Shown here: one piece after another, positions 1 to 13,706 of the stretch
How the letters are laid out: every line of letters starts with the position of its first letter
Numbering within the stretch: position 1 is the first letter of the stretch
Source of the DNA: Octopus vulgaris
Taxonomy: Eukaryota
Direction: 5' to 3'
Assembly (NCBI GenBank): GCA_951406725.2
Contig: OX597821.1
Location: 67,704,001-67,768,000, forward strand
DNA length: 64,000 bases
Notes under the pieces: generated by a model
Seen by the model: the letters and a program-made list of their open reading frames with translations, nothing else
Databases searched by the model: none
Told to the model about the DNA's origin: nothing
Program-made: the position numbers and the translations under genes

Positions 1-810
1 GAAACTAAATATGGAATATGGACAGTAATCTTTTTTAAAACAAATTCCTAATTTAGGACACTTTTGGTCAAAAGCGTTCCTAAAGTGGCACCTAGTGTTG
101 TTTGCATGTATATGTGAAATATTTTCTCTGGCTATTCTTTAAAACATGGTAGGGTGTTGTTTGAGTGAAACTTGACTGCTATTTTTAGAAACTAGAGCGT
201 CCTTCTTGAGGTGCTCTAATGCAATAACGTAAATACAATTATCTCTATATATTTTATATATGGAAAAAAAATATATTTATTATTACTTTCCGTCTTTAAA
301 AATGTCCTTTTTCATAAAATACTTAATTTATATGCCTCAGGCTCTATTATGCAGAAGATTTCTAAAAAGAATGAAACGAATTATTGCCGTACATGATTAT
401 TACTGCCTAGAACTTTTAAGAACTTCATAATAAATAAGCACAAATATAATCAATAAATATGTGTGTTTTACGCATTTTTCTTATTTCTAAAATTCAAATT
501 TCGATTTCTATGAAATTTTTTTTAAATTATTACAAATCTGCTAGGAGACACCACGTGAATAGTATTATTGTTTCGTTCAAATTTGAGATGAGAAATATGA
601 TTGAGGAACGATTCATTTTTAGATTTAATATCTTATTGGGGAAGATAGACTAAATAATGCACTGAGAGTATTTAAGGTGAGAGAAAATATAGGAAGTAGG
701 AGAAAAGAAAGGTGTAGTTATGAGCATATGCTTTTGACTAACCTCATGTCAACATTAGACCGAATGTATTCCAGATTGTCTGTAGCCTTGCGAGGACACC
801 GTTTGTCGGA

Positions 811-960
811 CTGTATCTGTAATTAAAAAGATACATTCTGGTCACATTCGGAATCACACTCATACAGTCTGAGAATTACGTTACGGAAACATGCTTATGT
901 AGAACGCTCAGCCGCAAAAGCTGAATCTTCATTCATGAATGAGGCACTCATTCAAGAATT
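811..960 (+). mobile_element. Old, highly diverged 3' fragment of SINE family C
   Basis: ctgtatctgtaatt...gtcacattcggaatcacac...tgagaattacgtta resembles the reverse complement of the family C tail at 54480-54545 (ctgtatttcaa...gtcacgttctgtgtcacgttgaatctccttgagaactacgttg). Confidence 0.35.
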
Positions 961-1438
961 TTCATTATCAAATGACAGGGATCCACTAACACAAGCATTC
1001 GGAAAACTGACAGCTATTTCTAGCTTGTCAAAAGCCAACGAAAAGCCTCCGTCGTTTGATTGACTGTTTGTTTTGTTTCGTTTTTTTTTTGTTTTTTTAT
1101 CCTTTGTCACTTAATGATATGATGGTAGTTATTGTATTCTATTTAAATTTCATTGTAAGTGGTCTTAAATTCTCTCTCTTCAAATGAAATATCTTTCCTA
1201 AAATAATAATGTTAGTGCTTAAAACAATTATTTCTTATAATTGTTCAGCTTAATTCAACTCATTAGGATTTAATGATACAGCAATTAAGTGAAAGTGATG
1301 AAAATATCGTGTAGAGGGAACTTATGCTGAAGATGTTTATATTTTGTCTCTTGTCCTTTGTATGATGCAACACAAAATGAATTTCTGGTGGGTCATATTA
1401 CAACGTTACCACGTGTAATTTATAAGGTATTTTATGCC

Positions 1439-1658
1439 ATACATACATACATACATACATACATACATACATACATACATACATACATACATACATACAT
1501 ACACATACGCACACATACCCACAGAGACACGCACACTCATACACAGAGACACATACATATACTATTTCTAAGGGACTGGAATTAAATATACAGGATCTTA
1601 ATTATCCGAGTTTGCAATAATAAACACAAATACGTACATACATACATACATACATACA

Positions 1659-1717
<59 letters not shown>

Positions 1718-1791
1718 AAACAGTGCACTGAACACAAAAAGGATATTTATAGTTGAAAATGTTTCCAAAGATATATATATATATCTAATTT

Positions 1792-1830
<39 letters not shown>
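1439..1830. repeat. Compound (ACAT)n/(AT)n microsatellite cluster
   Basis: Directly visible tandem repeats. Confidence 0.95.
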
Positions 1831-1834
<4 letters not shown>

Positions 1835-2435
1835 AGAAAAATTTGGTGCAGAACGTTTGCCCATCAATTGTGTTTCCGCTTTGTTCATAAGTTCAAAAAA
1901 CTGAAGTGTTAAACAAACCAAAAGTGCCAAAGTCGTTACAGATACGCACAGATGTTACAACAAACTGCAGAGGAGCCCGAAGTCTTTGACGTTTGTCTCA
2001 ACTAGGATATCTCTAACATCAATACGACGTCATCAACTTAAATTCTTTCCATATAAAGTGCATGTTGTTCAGAACTGAAGCCCGGATTCAGAAACGTACT
2101 CTTCTGTCGGTGGTTGAAAATTTTATTCAGGTGAAAACATTTTAAACCTACATTCTCAGTGATGAGCTGTTCATTTTGGTACATGAACTAGAACTCTAGA
2201 GTTGGTCTACAATAAATCCTCATGCTCTGTTTCAGAACACTCCACGATCAAAAGTTGGTGTTTGGTGCTTGTCAAGCGTATAATTGAACCTATTTTTTGA
2301 AACACCATCATCTGAGTGTTACATTCATAACATCTGAGCCATTTTTGATAACTGACGACAGAAAAGCAACAAGGCTGGTTCCAATTGCAACTGCACTCGC
2401 TGTGTCAGTATGGCTGCAGTTGGTGATGTCTTGGG

Positions 2436-2436
<1 letters not shown>
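1831..2436 (+). mobile_element. Internal fragment of a DD41D (rosa-type) Tc1/mariner transposase pseudogene, riddled with small deletions
   Basis: Frame-shifting translation gives ordered motifs QRSPKS, LKFFPYKVHVVQ-LKP, SDE, WSTINPHA, LHDQK-VGVWC, IIEPIFF, GWFQ..ATA, colinear with the element at 34196-35505. Both ends abut (TA)n. Confidence 0.8.
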
Positions 2437-2504
<68 letters not shown>

Positions 2505-2510
2505 TATTTA

Positions 2511-2700
2511 TATAGTTGAAATTTATAGAAAAGTAAAAGAAGACAGGTGTATGAACAGCAAGCAAGTGTATTAATTTGACGCTCGGGGAAAATAAAAAAA
2601 AGTATTTTACCTTTCGAGCTTACGCTCTTCAACAGAAAGGAATGGGAGAAAATAAACAGAGAGAGAACGAAAAAACACTTGTAGATTTTAGAGGTCCAAC
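2511..2700 (-). mobile_element. Short dispersed repeat, putative PLE pseudo-LTR, with a degenerate hammerhead motif (2605-2637)
   Basis: Homologous to 32690-32878 (+). Minus strand reads ttt CTGTTGA a gagc-gtaa-gctc GAAA ggta aaa. The 3' end abuts (TA)n. Confidence 0.5.
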
Positions 2701-3417
2701 ATGACGGTCTTCAGACCTTTGGCAACCTCTGGATGGTGCGTGAAATCTTTCTTTTTTGTACTTCGAAGAAAGTACTTCATTATATTTTTGGTTTCATGGC
2801 CCTAATTTCCTTGATTTCTCTTCACTGAAGAAAGAAATTATAAGGAAAAATAAGAAAATAGGTGAGTTTCTAACAATGCAGAAAGCTTTACAAAAATCTT
2901 TATATTTCAGGCGCAAAGCCCATCTTGAGAAGGAAGCAGCTGCTGCTAACCTAATGCCGAAGAGTTTGAATAAGGTAACCAAATCGGTGTAACTGGACAT
3001 TTCCCGGACGGCTTCATTTTGAGGATGGGCATTATTTTGCCTTTTCTTTTCGTTTGTTGGTGCTACCATGCTTCAAGCGAACGACAACACTCTTTTACTC
3101 CCTTCATTGAATTTTTCCTTCATTCGAACTCACTTCATTTCACGTCTTCATTTTTTTTTTTATCATTTTTCACACAGGCCCTGCAATAGCCTGTTTTAAG
3201 TTCCCACGCTCTAATTTCAGCTAACCCATAAATTATTGCTAAAATTTTGTAGATTTAATTATTATTAGTCCTTAAAGAAACGCACATTTTCTTGATGTTG
3301 TTGCTGTTCCTGTTGTTATTGTTGCTCTTTCTTTTCTGTGTCATAATGTAGATTTAACCGAGATTAACGAGTACCATACACCAACAATACCCTTCTTTCA
3401 CATAACCACATTTATAC

Positions 3418-3419
<2 letters not shown>

Positions 3420-3460
<41 letters not shown>

Positions 3461-3504
3461 GTATATATGTATATGTATATATATGTGTGTATATATGCGT
3501 TTGG

Positions 3505-3547
<43 letters not shown>

Positions 3548-3582
3548 CGTATGTATATTGTATGTATGTACATATATATGTG

Positions 3583-3638
<56 letters not shown>

Positions 3639-3760
3639 TGTGTGTATATGCGTGTGTGTCGACAAACATACAGATACATGTATAACTATTTACGTATGCA
3701 TGTATATGCATATATGTGTACATATGTGTATGTATGTATGCATGTACGTATTTATATACA
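3420..3760. repeat. (AT)n/(GT)n/(GTAT)n compound microsatellite
   Basis: Visible; source of the overlapping poly-YI ORFs. Confidence 0.95.
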
Positions 3761-3814
3761 CCAGAAATACCGTCAAAATCAAAAGTACACAACGGAATTT
3801 CTAGTTATAAAAAA

Positions 3815-4620
3815 CTAAATACTTCCACCTTATTTCCTGCCGAATATCCCAGCTGTTCATATATTCAATAACATCTGAAGGTTTCTCCGCTGACCTCAGC
3901 CAGCCAAGTGCAATGTTATCTTTAATCTTTAAACTAAACTGATTTACACTGAATGTATTCAATCGCATACATATCGTCAAAGGAGGTGCTCGTCTACCCA
4001 TACACCCTTTATTTTATGAATTTCCTACTTAAACTGCTTAGGCCAATATTTTCCTTCTTTTCTTCTTAACTATTCTTTGTTTTTGTTGTTCGTATTTTTC
4101 TTCCTTTTCATCATCTTTCTCCCCTCGTTCCTCCACTCAATCGCTAGGCCACTTTTTCTTTTATAAATGTTACTCTGTACTTTTCTGGTACCGAGTACTC
4201 CAAAGTACCACAATTGTGCCGTTCTCCAACTATTTCGGGACAGACCTGCGATTTTTAATCTCGTTAAAGCCATTTACATCACCAATTCCTTTTGACAACA
4301 GCATAAACATTATGTGTTACACAATTGCATTTCTCTTAATCGGAACTAAATTCTTTATAAATCAAATGTACAGCCTTAATAATATTTTTTTTTAAATCAG
4401 GATTGCACCTGTACTTTTTGTGTAAGAGTAAAGTCCTGATATGCCGAATCAAAAATCTTTGGTTATCTTTCTTCTACTATTATGTCCGAGAAAACCGTTT
4501 CCACTATCGAAATCTTAATGATATTTCTTTATCTATAACATCGGAATGACCTATGACATGCAATAGTAAATGCGTAGAGGGGAAACTGTATAGATCCTTG
4601 TTACACTTTGTTTCGCTGAT
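3815..4620 (-). mobile_element. Possible very decayed non-LTR reverse transcriptase remnant (R4/R2-group-like)
   Basis: Weak ordered motifs on the minus strand: QG..VSPL (about 4575-4605), WYFGVL (YKYLG-like, about 4195-4212), RLNTFSV (AINT.AV-like, about 3945-3966). Confidence 0.3.
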
Positions 4621-4792
4621 TATGACTTCGAATTACATTAAAGTTATATATAGCCCTGAATTAACTTCAGGAATTTTGGTATTTGCTTGGTCTGCTAAAA
4701 ATTGCCGGTAGCTGGCGAGCTACTGTCATTGTGGTCGAATCCAAATTTTTTGTTCAATCGAACGTTTCTTTAATATATTTGTTGAAGACAAT

Positions 4793-4846
4793 ATAATATA
4801 ACTAGTCCTGTGTCACCTTTTTATGACACAGCACTAGTTATATTAT
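4793..4846. repeat. Near-perfect hairpin: 23-bp arms, 1 mismatch, 8-nt loop
   Basis: ataatataactagtcctgtgtca / ccttttta / tgacacagcactagttatattat. Confidence 0.9.
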
Positions 4847-6163
4847 GATATACACAGACTGTAATTTAATCTATTCCTATTTCATTTATGTATATTTTTT
4901 AAACTCTAGCCGGACAACCTTTCGCACAAACCAGTACATGTTTTCTTTATTGATTTCTATAGCGGAAGAAACATTTTGATTAGCCTAAAACCTTTTTGCC
5001 TTTTTGTCACTGAGGTGACAAAGTCGGGTCCAAACATCAGCTAATCCCTGTTTTTATCATACAAGTCTCAATGAGATGTGTTTCTAAGATAATATATTAC
5101 ATCTAGTGCCTTTCCACTTTTGTATAGACACCGGTATTTTCATCGAAGGCAGTTTTACATGCAAAAATTTATTTAAATATATCCTCACTAATTTTCCTAA
5201 CAAGCAGTAATTATTTTTGCGAAATTTTTATATGGGAACCGACATTACAAAAATGATTAATATATATGTCATGAAGGGAAGAAATAAAGCTTATTTAGTG
5301 TATGTGATGACCCATCAACGTTCCAAGCAACTTCCTGTATTTTGTATTTTTAACATAGAAGAAACTTTTTATGTTTCTCTTAAGGAAAGTATTACAGTTA
5401 GCTCTCTATGTATTCTACTTAACGAATATACATCATTGACGAATATGATTTATGTAGTTTTGTTTGAGAAAAAATCTCTTCAAAGTGATGTTGTGTCTCT
5501 ATCGTTGAGACACGAACATTCTCCCAGGAAAGCTGCATGAGGACACCAAATGCATTTCGTCTTCCTTGAGCCTTCTCAATGAAGTGAACTTGCTAGTCAT
5601 TTGACTAGACAAAATCTGTTACCTCCAGCATGTAGCAAATACTGGTATTGCACAGAAGTGTGTGGTTGCATACAAACTAGGTGTACGCAACTGAGAGCAC
5701 ATAAAATTTAAATAGCCATCAATATATTATACTTAACGTATATACATCAGAGGCAAGCATGTTGTTGTGGCTTTTGCCTTAGAGAAGATTAATATACAAT
5801 ATATAACAGCGCGAGATTAACAACGACCTAGAAGTAACCCACGATGGCATCAGATGCATTTCGGCTTCTAAGATGAGGAATTTATATATATAAATATAAA
5901 TATACTTACATAATTATGTATGCAAATATATATATCAATCAATGTTTGTTTATATGTAAAGCAATATATAAATTAAACTTCACATTAAACTGAATCATTA
6001 GTAGAGTTCATGTTTATTAAACTTGGAACACACCGTCAATATTTTCAAGTACATGTAATGTATATGCATATATATATATATATATATATGAATACACATA
6101 TATATACATGCAAATATATGTGTGCGTGCGTGCATGTATGTGTGTTTATATATATATATACAT

Positions 6164-6211
<48 letters not shown>

Positions 6212-7382
6212 ACACGTACAGACATACAGAGGTAGACAGATACAGAACATATATGCATGCGTGCTTACATACATACATACATACATACCCTGTTGATGTT
6301 GAAATTCCTTGGATCTAGGTTAGAAACCGGTTCTTTCTTTATCAGCAAGAAATCTTGAAATAAACTGAATAATGACATACATACTTAAGTTGGTTACAAC
6401 ATATGTCCTGTTTATAGGTACTGTAGTCGGTGCATATCACTGAAAATGCTGCAGAAAGAACTTTTATTTTAAATAATTGGTAAAGTTGAGCAGGGCCTAT
6501 ACCGCACACCCTCCAAGTTTTATTACTGCTCTGTATATAAACCGAACCGACTTACAATGTAGCACATGCCAAATACAGAATGACATAATACAGCTAAGAG
6601 CCTACATACAAAAACCTAGCACATTGATGCCCTTCTCTCTTATCATCGAAGTTCACATCAACATTGAAACCATCCTTGACGACGTCAGTCTAATATGACT
6701 TATAACTAATCGAAAACAAAAACCTGAAAACTCAAGACAGAAACGTAATAGCCATGTGACGACCTACACCCTAATTGCCATGGACGAGATTTCAACATCG
6801 TTGACACAAAAATTTCCGTGTTAGAGAGCATTCTTTAATCAAACTGAATTTGTCATCTTACCACTAATTTCATCATCTTTGTTTTGTGCTCATCTTTTGA
6901 TAGGTATTACATATGGCTCATGCGTTTCTAGGAGCGCCTTTCATCAGGCGGGATATATGAACGTTGTATATTAGACACTGATGTATTGACTATGTAACAG
7001 GCTCTACAGATTACATGTCACCAGACATACTCAGGGCCACCTGATATGATCTATATGTGTGTGTATGTCAGTACGTACGTCGTCATATATAAACACACAC
7101 GCACACAAACATATATGTATATATATATATTCATATATATATACATACGTACACACATATAAATACATACATATGCATAGGCGTGTATACACGCATTCGT
7201 AAATAAATATGTGTACGTATAGCAACACGAGCATACTTATACATTAATCTGTCAGTATAGTATATATGTACGTGAGTGTGTGTGTGGATATATGTAATTA
7301 TATATATATATATGTATATGTATATATTTAACAAGCATACATACATATATATATATACATATATATGTATATAGATATGTAC

Positions 7383-7413
<31 letters not shown>

Positions 7414-7464
7414 TATATACCTGTATATATTGTGTGTATGTATATATGTATGTATATGTATATG

Positions 7465-7526
<62 letters not shown>

Positions 7527-7549
7527 TATACATGTATGTATATGCATTG

Positions 7550-7970
7550 GCATGTAGAAGAATATGTATTGATCAATTCAACAAGAACGCTGAGTGTATA
7601 CAAATTATATCTCCGATCTAACATCTCCATTACTAACTGGAACGACTTTTATCTTCGACAACATGCAAGCGTACAGCTGTCATGTAATCTCCCTATGCTA
7701 ATTCCTCTTGTAAATAATGGTCAGTTTTCATGCCGATTTCGACAGGTTAACTAACACTAAAAATACCCCATCAAAAATGATTGTTACGGTGGAAACCACA
7801 TTAACAATAACTTCTCTCAAGTATTTAGATGTTTCTGTTGAATGCTCTAATCATTGAAAACTTTCGGCAAAACAGTGGTCTCCCTTGGGAGAAGTTTGCC
7901 AACAATATTATAAAGCTTATGTGGAGACGCGGAACCATTGTGAGCAATTATAATGCATATTTATTGAGAG
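7550..7970 (+). mobile_element. Very old mariner transposase 3' remnant
   Basis: FANNIIKLMWRRGTIVSNYNAYL (ORF 7829..8011) resembles the mariner C-terminus FY..GI.KL..RW..VV...G.Y. Upstream motifs are barely recognisable. Confidence 0.3.
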
Positions 7971-8535
7971 AATTTTGTACGTGTATATGTTTCTATATAC
8001 ATGCACAATAGATATACACACATTTATATATATACATATGTATATATATATATATTCATATATTTTTATATATATATTTACCTATATATGGATATCTATC
8101 TATATCTATATATTTATATTTATATATACATAAAAAAAAATATATATATACATATATATATATATATGTATACACACACATTTATATACGTGTGTGTGTA
8201 TGTATGCATATATCTATATCTATCTACATATATATGGATATCTATATATATTTAAATATTTATATATACATATACATATATTCATATATACATATATATA
8301 TACATATAAACACACTTGCGCACATATTTATATGCGAGCGTGTAGTTGTGTGTATGTGTATGGCTGTGTGTGCATGTATGTATATATCTAAATATATGTA
8401 TATACATGTGTATGTGTGTCTGTAATTATCTATATATGTGGGGGGAGTTTGTATACATTCATATGAGATGCGAGCGTGTGTTTATGTATGTGTGTGTTTA
8501 TATAGGTATATATGCCTGTATATTATATATATATA

Positions 8536-8719
<184 letters not shown>

Positions 8720-8784
8720 AAAAAATTATTTCTAAATATCTCGAAGAGAAACATTCAGTAAGTCCTTGGCAAGTAGTCTTCACT

Positions 8785-8828
<44 letters not shown>

Positions 8829-9004
8829 CATACGTGTATGTGTGTCTGTGTAACTATCCATATATACGTGTGGGTGTGAGAATACCAGTTTAAAATTGGG
8901 ATATTATGTAGCCATTTCGCTCCAACATAGTTTTTCGAAAGTAACTATCACACTGAAATTCCAAGAGTTACGATATATATGCCCTGTTAAATATTCTTTT
9001 ATTT

Positions 9005-9206
9005 TTTTTATTCTTTTATTTGCCGCAATCGACTGTAGACATGCGGGAGCAGCGCTTTTAGTCGAACAAATCGACCCCAAGACTTATTCTTTGTAAGCCT
9101 AGTACTTATTCTATCGTTCACCCTTGCCGAACTGCTAAGTTACGGGGACGTACACACACCAGCATCGGTTGTCAAGAGATGTCAGGGGGAGAAACACAGA
9201 CACACA

Positions 9207-9274
<68 letters not shown>

Positions 9275-9409
9275 ACGGGCTTTTTTCAGTTTCCGTCTAC
9301 CAAATCCACTCACAAGGCTTTGGTCGGCTCGAGGCTATAGTAGAAGACACTCGCCCAAGGTGTCACGCAGTGGGACTTACCACACTTACCACACACCCAC
9401 TCCTGAGCC
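9005..9409 (-). mobile_element. SINE family A (tRNA head, internal microsatellite, gtaaaaga tail); B-box region deleted
   Basis: Reverse complement of the about 400-bp repeat at 13516, 21866, 31302 and 45067. Confidence 0.9.
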
Positions 9410-11803
9410 TATAGTAGGTTAAAATCTGTAAAGATATTTGTCAAACTATTTATTACGATGGTGTATTTAGATGCAGTAAAATATGCTGGAGTAAAACACA
9501 TAGAACCATTTTGAAAAATCCGTCCCTAAATATTCTAAAGATCATCATCCAACATGTTAATGTATAATTATAATTCTTTCCTTTATTCCTTTACTGACTT
9601 TCCTCATAGAACTGTGGCGATTCTGTGACAATCTTTTCAACGCGTTAGTGTATACTATCGACTCCACTACTTTCAGTTTAGTAAATATTTTGTCCACATC
9701 GGATACACGAAAGATTAACTCTATCTGGTCAGTGTTTGAAAAGTAAACAAATGCTTCAAGATTTGTTGTCTGTTGTTCAACTAATTCTTCCCACCACCAC
9801 GAATTGTTATATTTGTATCGATTTGAAACATGGTCACTATACAATTCTTTCGAAACATGGTCACTATACAATTGACATCTGAACGTTCTTAAAATATGTC
9901 TTTTTTTTTACCTGATTTGTTTACGCTGCGTTTTCCAAATACCAAGTACGTGTAAACCGTGCAGCAGATCTTATTGTGTCGGAAATCTTTAGTCAGTAAG
10001 CATCGAAGCAAGTACAATCAAATCGGTAGGTCATCGAGTTAATATGGTTGACTTGAAATGATTTCAACATTTCTAAAACAGATTTTTTAATGGAGAACTA
10101 ACCAATTGTATGCAACCATCTCATGAAACAAATAGGCGTATAGAGTCTTCGTTGAGGAATAATTCAAGCGCATGAATGTTCGATCTCAACAACTAGAAGG
10201 AGAGGGTTTAAAGAAGGGTTAAATGGAGATTTGATGTTTATGAGAAATGCAATGAGTTTGAAAAGATTCACATAGATCGTACCAAAATAATGAGAACAAT
10301 ATGAGAACGACAATATAGAAAATGGCGATACGAAATAAAGTGAACAGCAGGTAATATAGAAAATGTGAATATTTTATTACGAAATCAGTTTGACAGAACA
10401 ATGAGTATATTTGTAACAAGAATCAGTGAATCATCAGAATGCACAACTTGTGATACACCTATTTACCTGTTACTAACCACATTATATTCTTCCAGTTGTC
10501 ATGTCTGACGCAGCAGTTGGACATTTATACCTTGAACCTAATAAGCAACGTGGAACTAGTCTAGATTAATGAATTAGTTTGCAGAAAGTCGTTCATAGTC
10601 ATACAGAAGCAGACAGCGTTCGGATACTATAACTGTAATAAATTAGTAGCAATTATTATTACCTACTGAATAGTAAGTAACTGTACAGTACCAAAGATCC
10701 ACCGAATCCAATCAATTTGTATGTCAGTGAAAAAAGTTACACCTTTAATATATTCTTCACCTGAATCTCCTAGACGGAACGTATACATACCGTCATAGAT
10801 ATACACACAGCATAATTTCATAGGTACATGTATACACATATACATTTTTACAAACACACATTCATACAAAAGTAAATAAAATGAAAAAAAATGAACACGA
10901 TCGTTTTCTAAAGAAATATGCCTGCACTTGGACATGAATGCGAGTACATTCGCTCATATATACATAACCGCATACACACACACACACACACGCACACATG
11001 CACGCACGCACCGCACACACATGCACACACATACACATTCATGGCCATACGCATATACATACGAAGAACATAGACCACATGTATCTACACTGACGTATTC
11101 ACAAATCTCTCAAAGAAGACTTGCCAGTTAGAAATACGCTGGAATTCTACTGAAAGGAAACTGAATAGACCTCACGCAATACATATATACATACATGCAA
11201 CATACACAAATACAAACGTAGATATATACATCTGTGTATGTATGCGCGTGTGTGTGTGCGGGCGTGGTCATCTTATTTCTTTCCTTTTAACGCCAGTAGC
11301 CTGAATAAGCGGTCGCCTTTTCTCTCGTCTCACACTTGGTTCACCTTTCGTCGTCTCATCAAATGCTCCCGGCGTTGACTACTTCATACCCTGTCTGGCC
11401 CTAAGGCCTTTTGCTTGCTTATTTATTTCAGTTGTTTCGTATGCCCACAGTCTTTTTGTTTGCTTTGGTTCATGTCTCTCGTCCGTCCTGTAAATGTTTC
11501 GTCTTGACTTATATTTATTCTACATTTGTATGCTGACTTTCTATAAAGCATAGTTGTTCATTCCTTTCTTGCCTGGTTTCTATCTTGTTTTTTGATTCAC
11601 CAATTCCTGGCGGTGTTTTCGCTGTCTGCGCCGCCAGATGGGGATTTACTATTATCGTTAAGGCGCAAAATTGTATTTGATCCTCTGACCGATAACTGTT
11701 GAGGTGTTGGTGACCTTCTGTGTCTGTTTCCCGTTTGTGCATTTATTATGCTTCTAAATTCATATGTGTGTGTATATGTATGTGTGTATTCTTTCTATAT
11801 ATG

Positions 11804-11844
<41 letters not shown>

Positions 11845-12021
11845 GTGGGTATAAATATGTGTGTATATGTATATATATATGGAAGAAGGTTTGAAAAGGC
11901 AATTTTAAAGATGTTTATTCACTTGACAGGTTTCACTTTTTATAAAAAGATTGTCAAAAGTAAAATGTGAAGCTTTGTATGAGCTTTGTTGTATTAAGTA
12001 CTGGTTTTATATATATATATA

Positions 12022-12413
12022 CTAGCAGTATCACCCGGCGTTGCTCGGGTTTGTAAGGGAAATAACTATATAAGCATTTTTAGAGATGTAAAGTATAATA
12101 CCCATCTCAATATGGCTAACCACAAAGGGGGGGTGTTACTGTAGCTTTTTACGTTCTGAGATTTAATAATACATTTTTAGAGAGTTACTTCCATTATATA
12201 AACCGAGCGAAAATGCATTAAAAATACGGAAAAATTATGGTAATTTTTTTTTTAAATCGTAGACTCATCGTACACGCGCGCTAATACCCAGAAGGGCTCG
12301 ATATGAATCACGACTATAAGATACCCGGTTTTGGTTAAACTGCACTGCAAAATGTGGGAGTAGTTAGGAATCTAAATCGTAGGAGACAGACACACAACTT
12401 GACTTTTATATAT

Positions 12414-12417
<4 letters not shown>
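12022..12417 (-). mobile_element. Non-autonomous Helitron inserted in (TA)n
   Basis: The minus strand ends with hairpin cccgagcaacgccggg, a 7-nt spacer and CTAG|T. The 5' end is tttatatataaaagtcaagttgtgtgtctgtc. No TSD. Confidence 0.85.
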
Positions 12418-12445
<28 letters not shown>

Positions 12446-13515
12446 ACAACCTAAATAATTGTTCTATCTACCCTGTAAAGCTAACAGCTCTACCATTTCG
12501 TGATATCCTTAAAGACAGGAACTTTTCAGCACTCTCTCGTATACCAACATGTTGCTGCTTTATAAATATTTTGACCAACATTTATTTTCAAATACGTCAC
12601 TAGCGATAAACTTGATTTAAATAGTATTATATGGTTAGGAAGAAGACAAAAGAACAAAAAATTTAATAAATGGACTAGACTGCTATGAATTAAAGATAAA
12701 AGATCCGTATTAATCTCTCAGCTCAACAAGTTGTTTTCTTTTTCTACTCTTTATATAATTTATTTGTTAAATTTTCTTGCGAAAATTTCTCCATATAATC
12801 TCATTTAAAATCGTGTACGTCTCAAAATGATAGAGAAAATATTTACCTCCAATAACTAACTTAAAAGTAACTATGAAACAAAAATCTGTTTAAAATAAAT
12901 GTAATTGGAAATTTGAACTGTTAAACCCTACGAAGAAAGAATAATGGAAAACTCTAAATATTATAATAAAATAAAAATGAACACGAAAAGAACTGTAATG
13001 CTCCTTTCAAAATACACGAAATAGCAACTACACGTGGATCAAAGAATACTATCTTGAAAAATATAGGGAGTTATTTGATAAAGCTCTCCTTAATCAGACG
13101 CCAGAAAACCTATGATTAATTGTGTCATAGCTAAGGGCTGTCATGAGATAAACAGAGACAAAAGAAAATTCTCAGCAATAGTTTTGAACCAGAAAATTAT
13201 CAAAGAATGCAATAAGGGGAAAAGGGCTGAGGCGAGAGAGAAAGAGGGAGGGTGGGGAGGTGTCAGACAGCTCCCAGGTGTACATATTCACACATATGAA
13301 AGCGCAATTACGTAATTACATCCGTAATTAATTAATTAAAATATGAATCGTTACTCATCTCGGCAATGGAAAACGATGAAAATGGAAATCATACCCATAC
13401 AGAATGTGTATACACGCCTTTTATGTGTACGTATGTATATACATATATGTATGTTTTATATGTATATACTTTTATATATTTACATGCATACACATCTATA
13501 TGTATACACAAAAAT

Positions 13516-13673
13516 AGGAGTGGCTGAGTGGTAAGTAGCTTGCTTACAGACCACATAGTTCCCGGTTCAGTTCCACTGTGTGTTACCTTGGGCAAGTGTC
13601 TTCTTCTATAGCCTCGGACCGACCAAAGCCTTGTGAGTGGATTTGGTAGACGGAAACTGAAAGAAGCCCGTAG

Positions 13674-13706
<33 letters not shown>

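Noticed and set aside
2756-3069. Overlapping ORFs with a faint PLE N-terminal resemblance (HGPNF, YFRRKAHL)
   Set aside because: The similarity is too weak to call by eye.
3354-3818. Numerous long ORFs of YIYI/CVCV/HTHT/LSIY type (also 7-8.8, 16.4, 25.4, 27.5-30.4, 42.2, 46.1 and 55 kb)
   Set aside because: Translations of stop-free microsatellites, open in several frames and strands at once.
5480-5700. Possible piggyBac C-terminal Cys-rich remnant (RKTKCIWCPH...ECS, minus strand)
   Set aside because: Too short and degenerate; no TTAA/TIR or DDD motifs identified.
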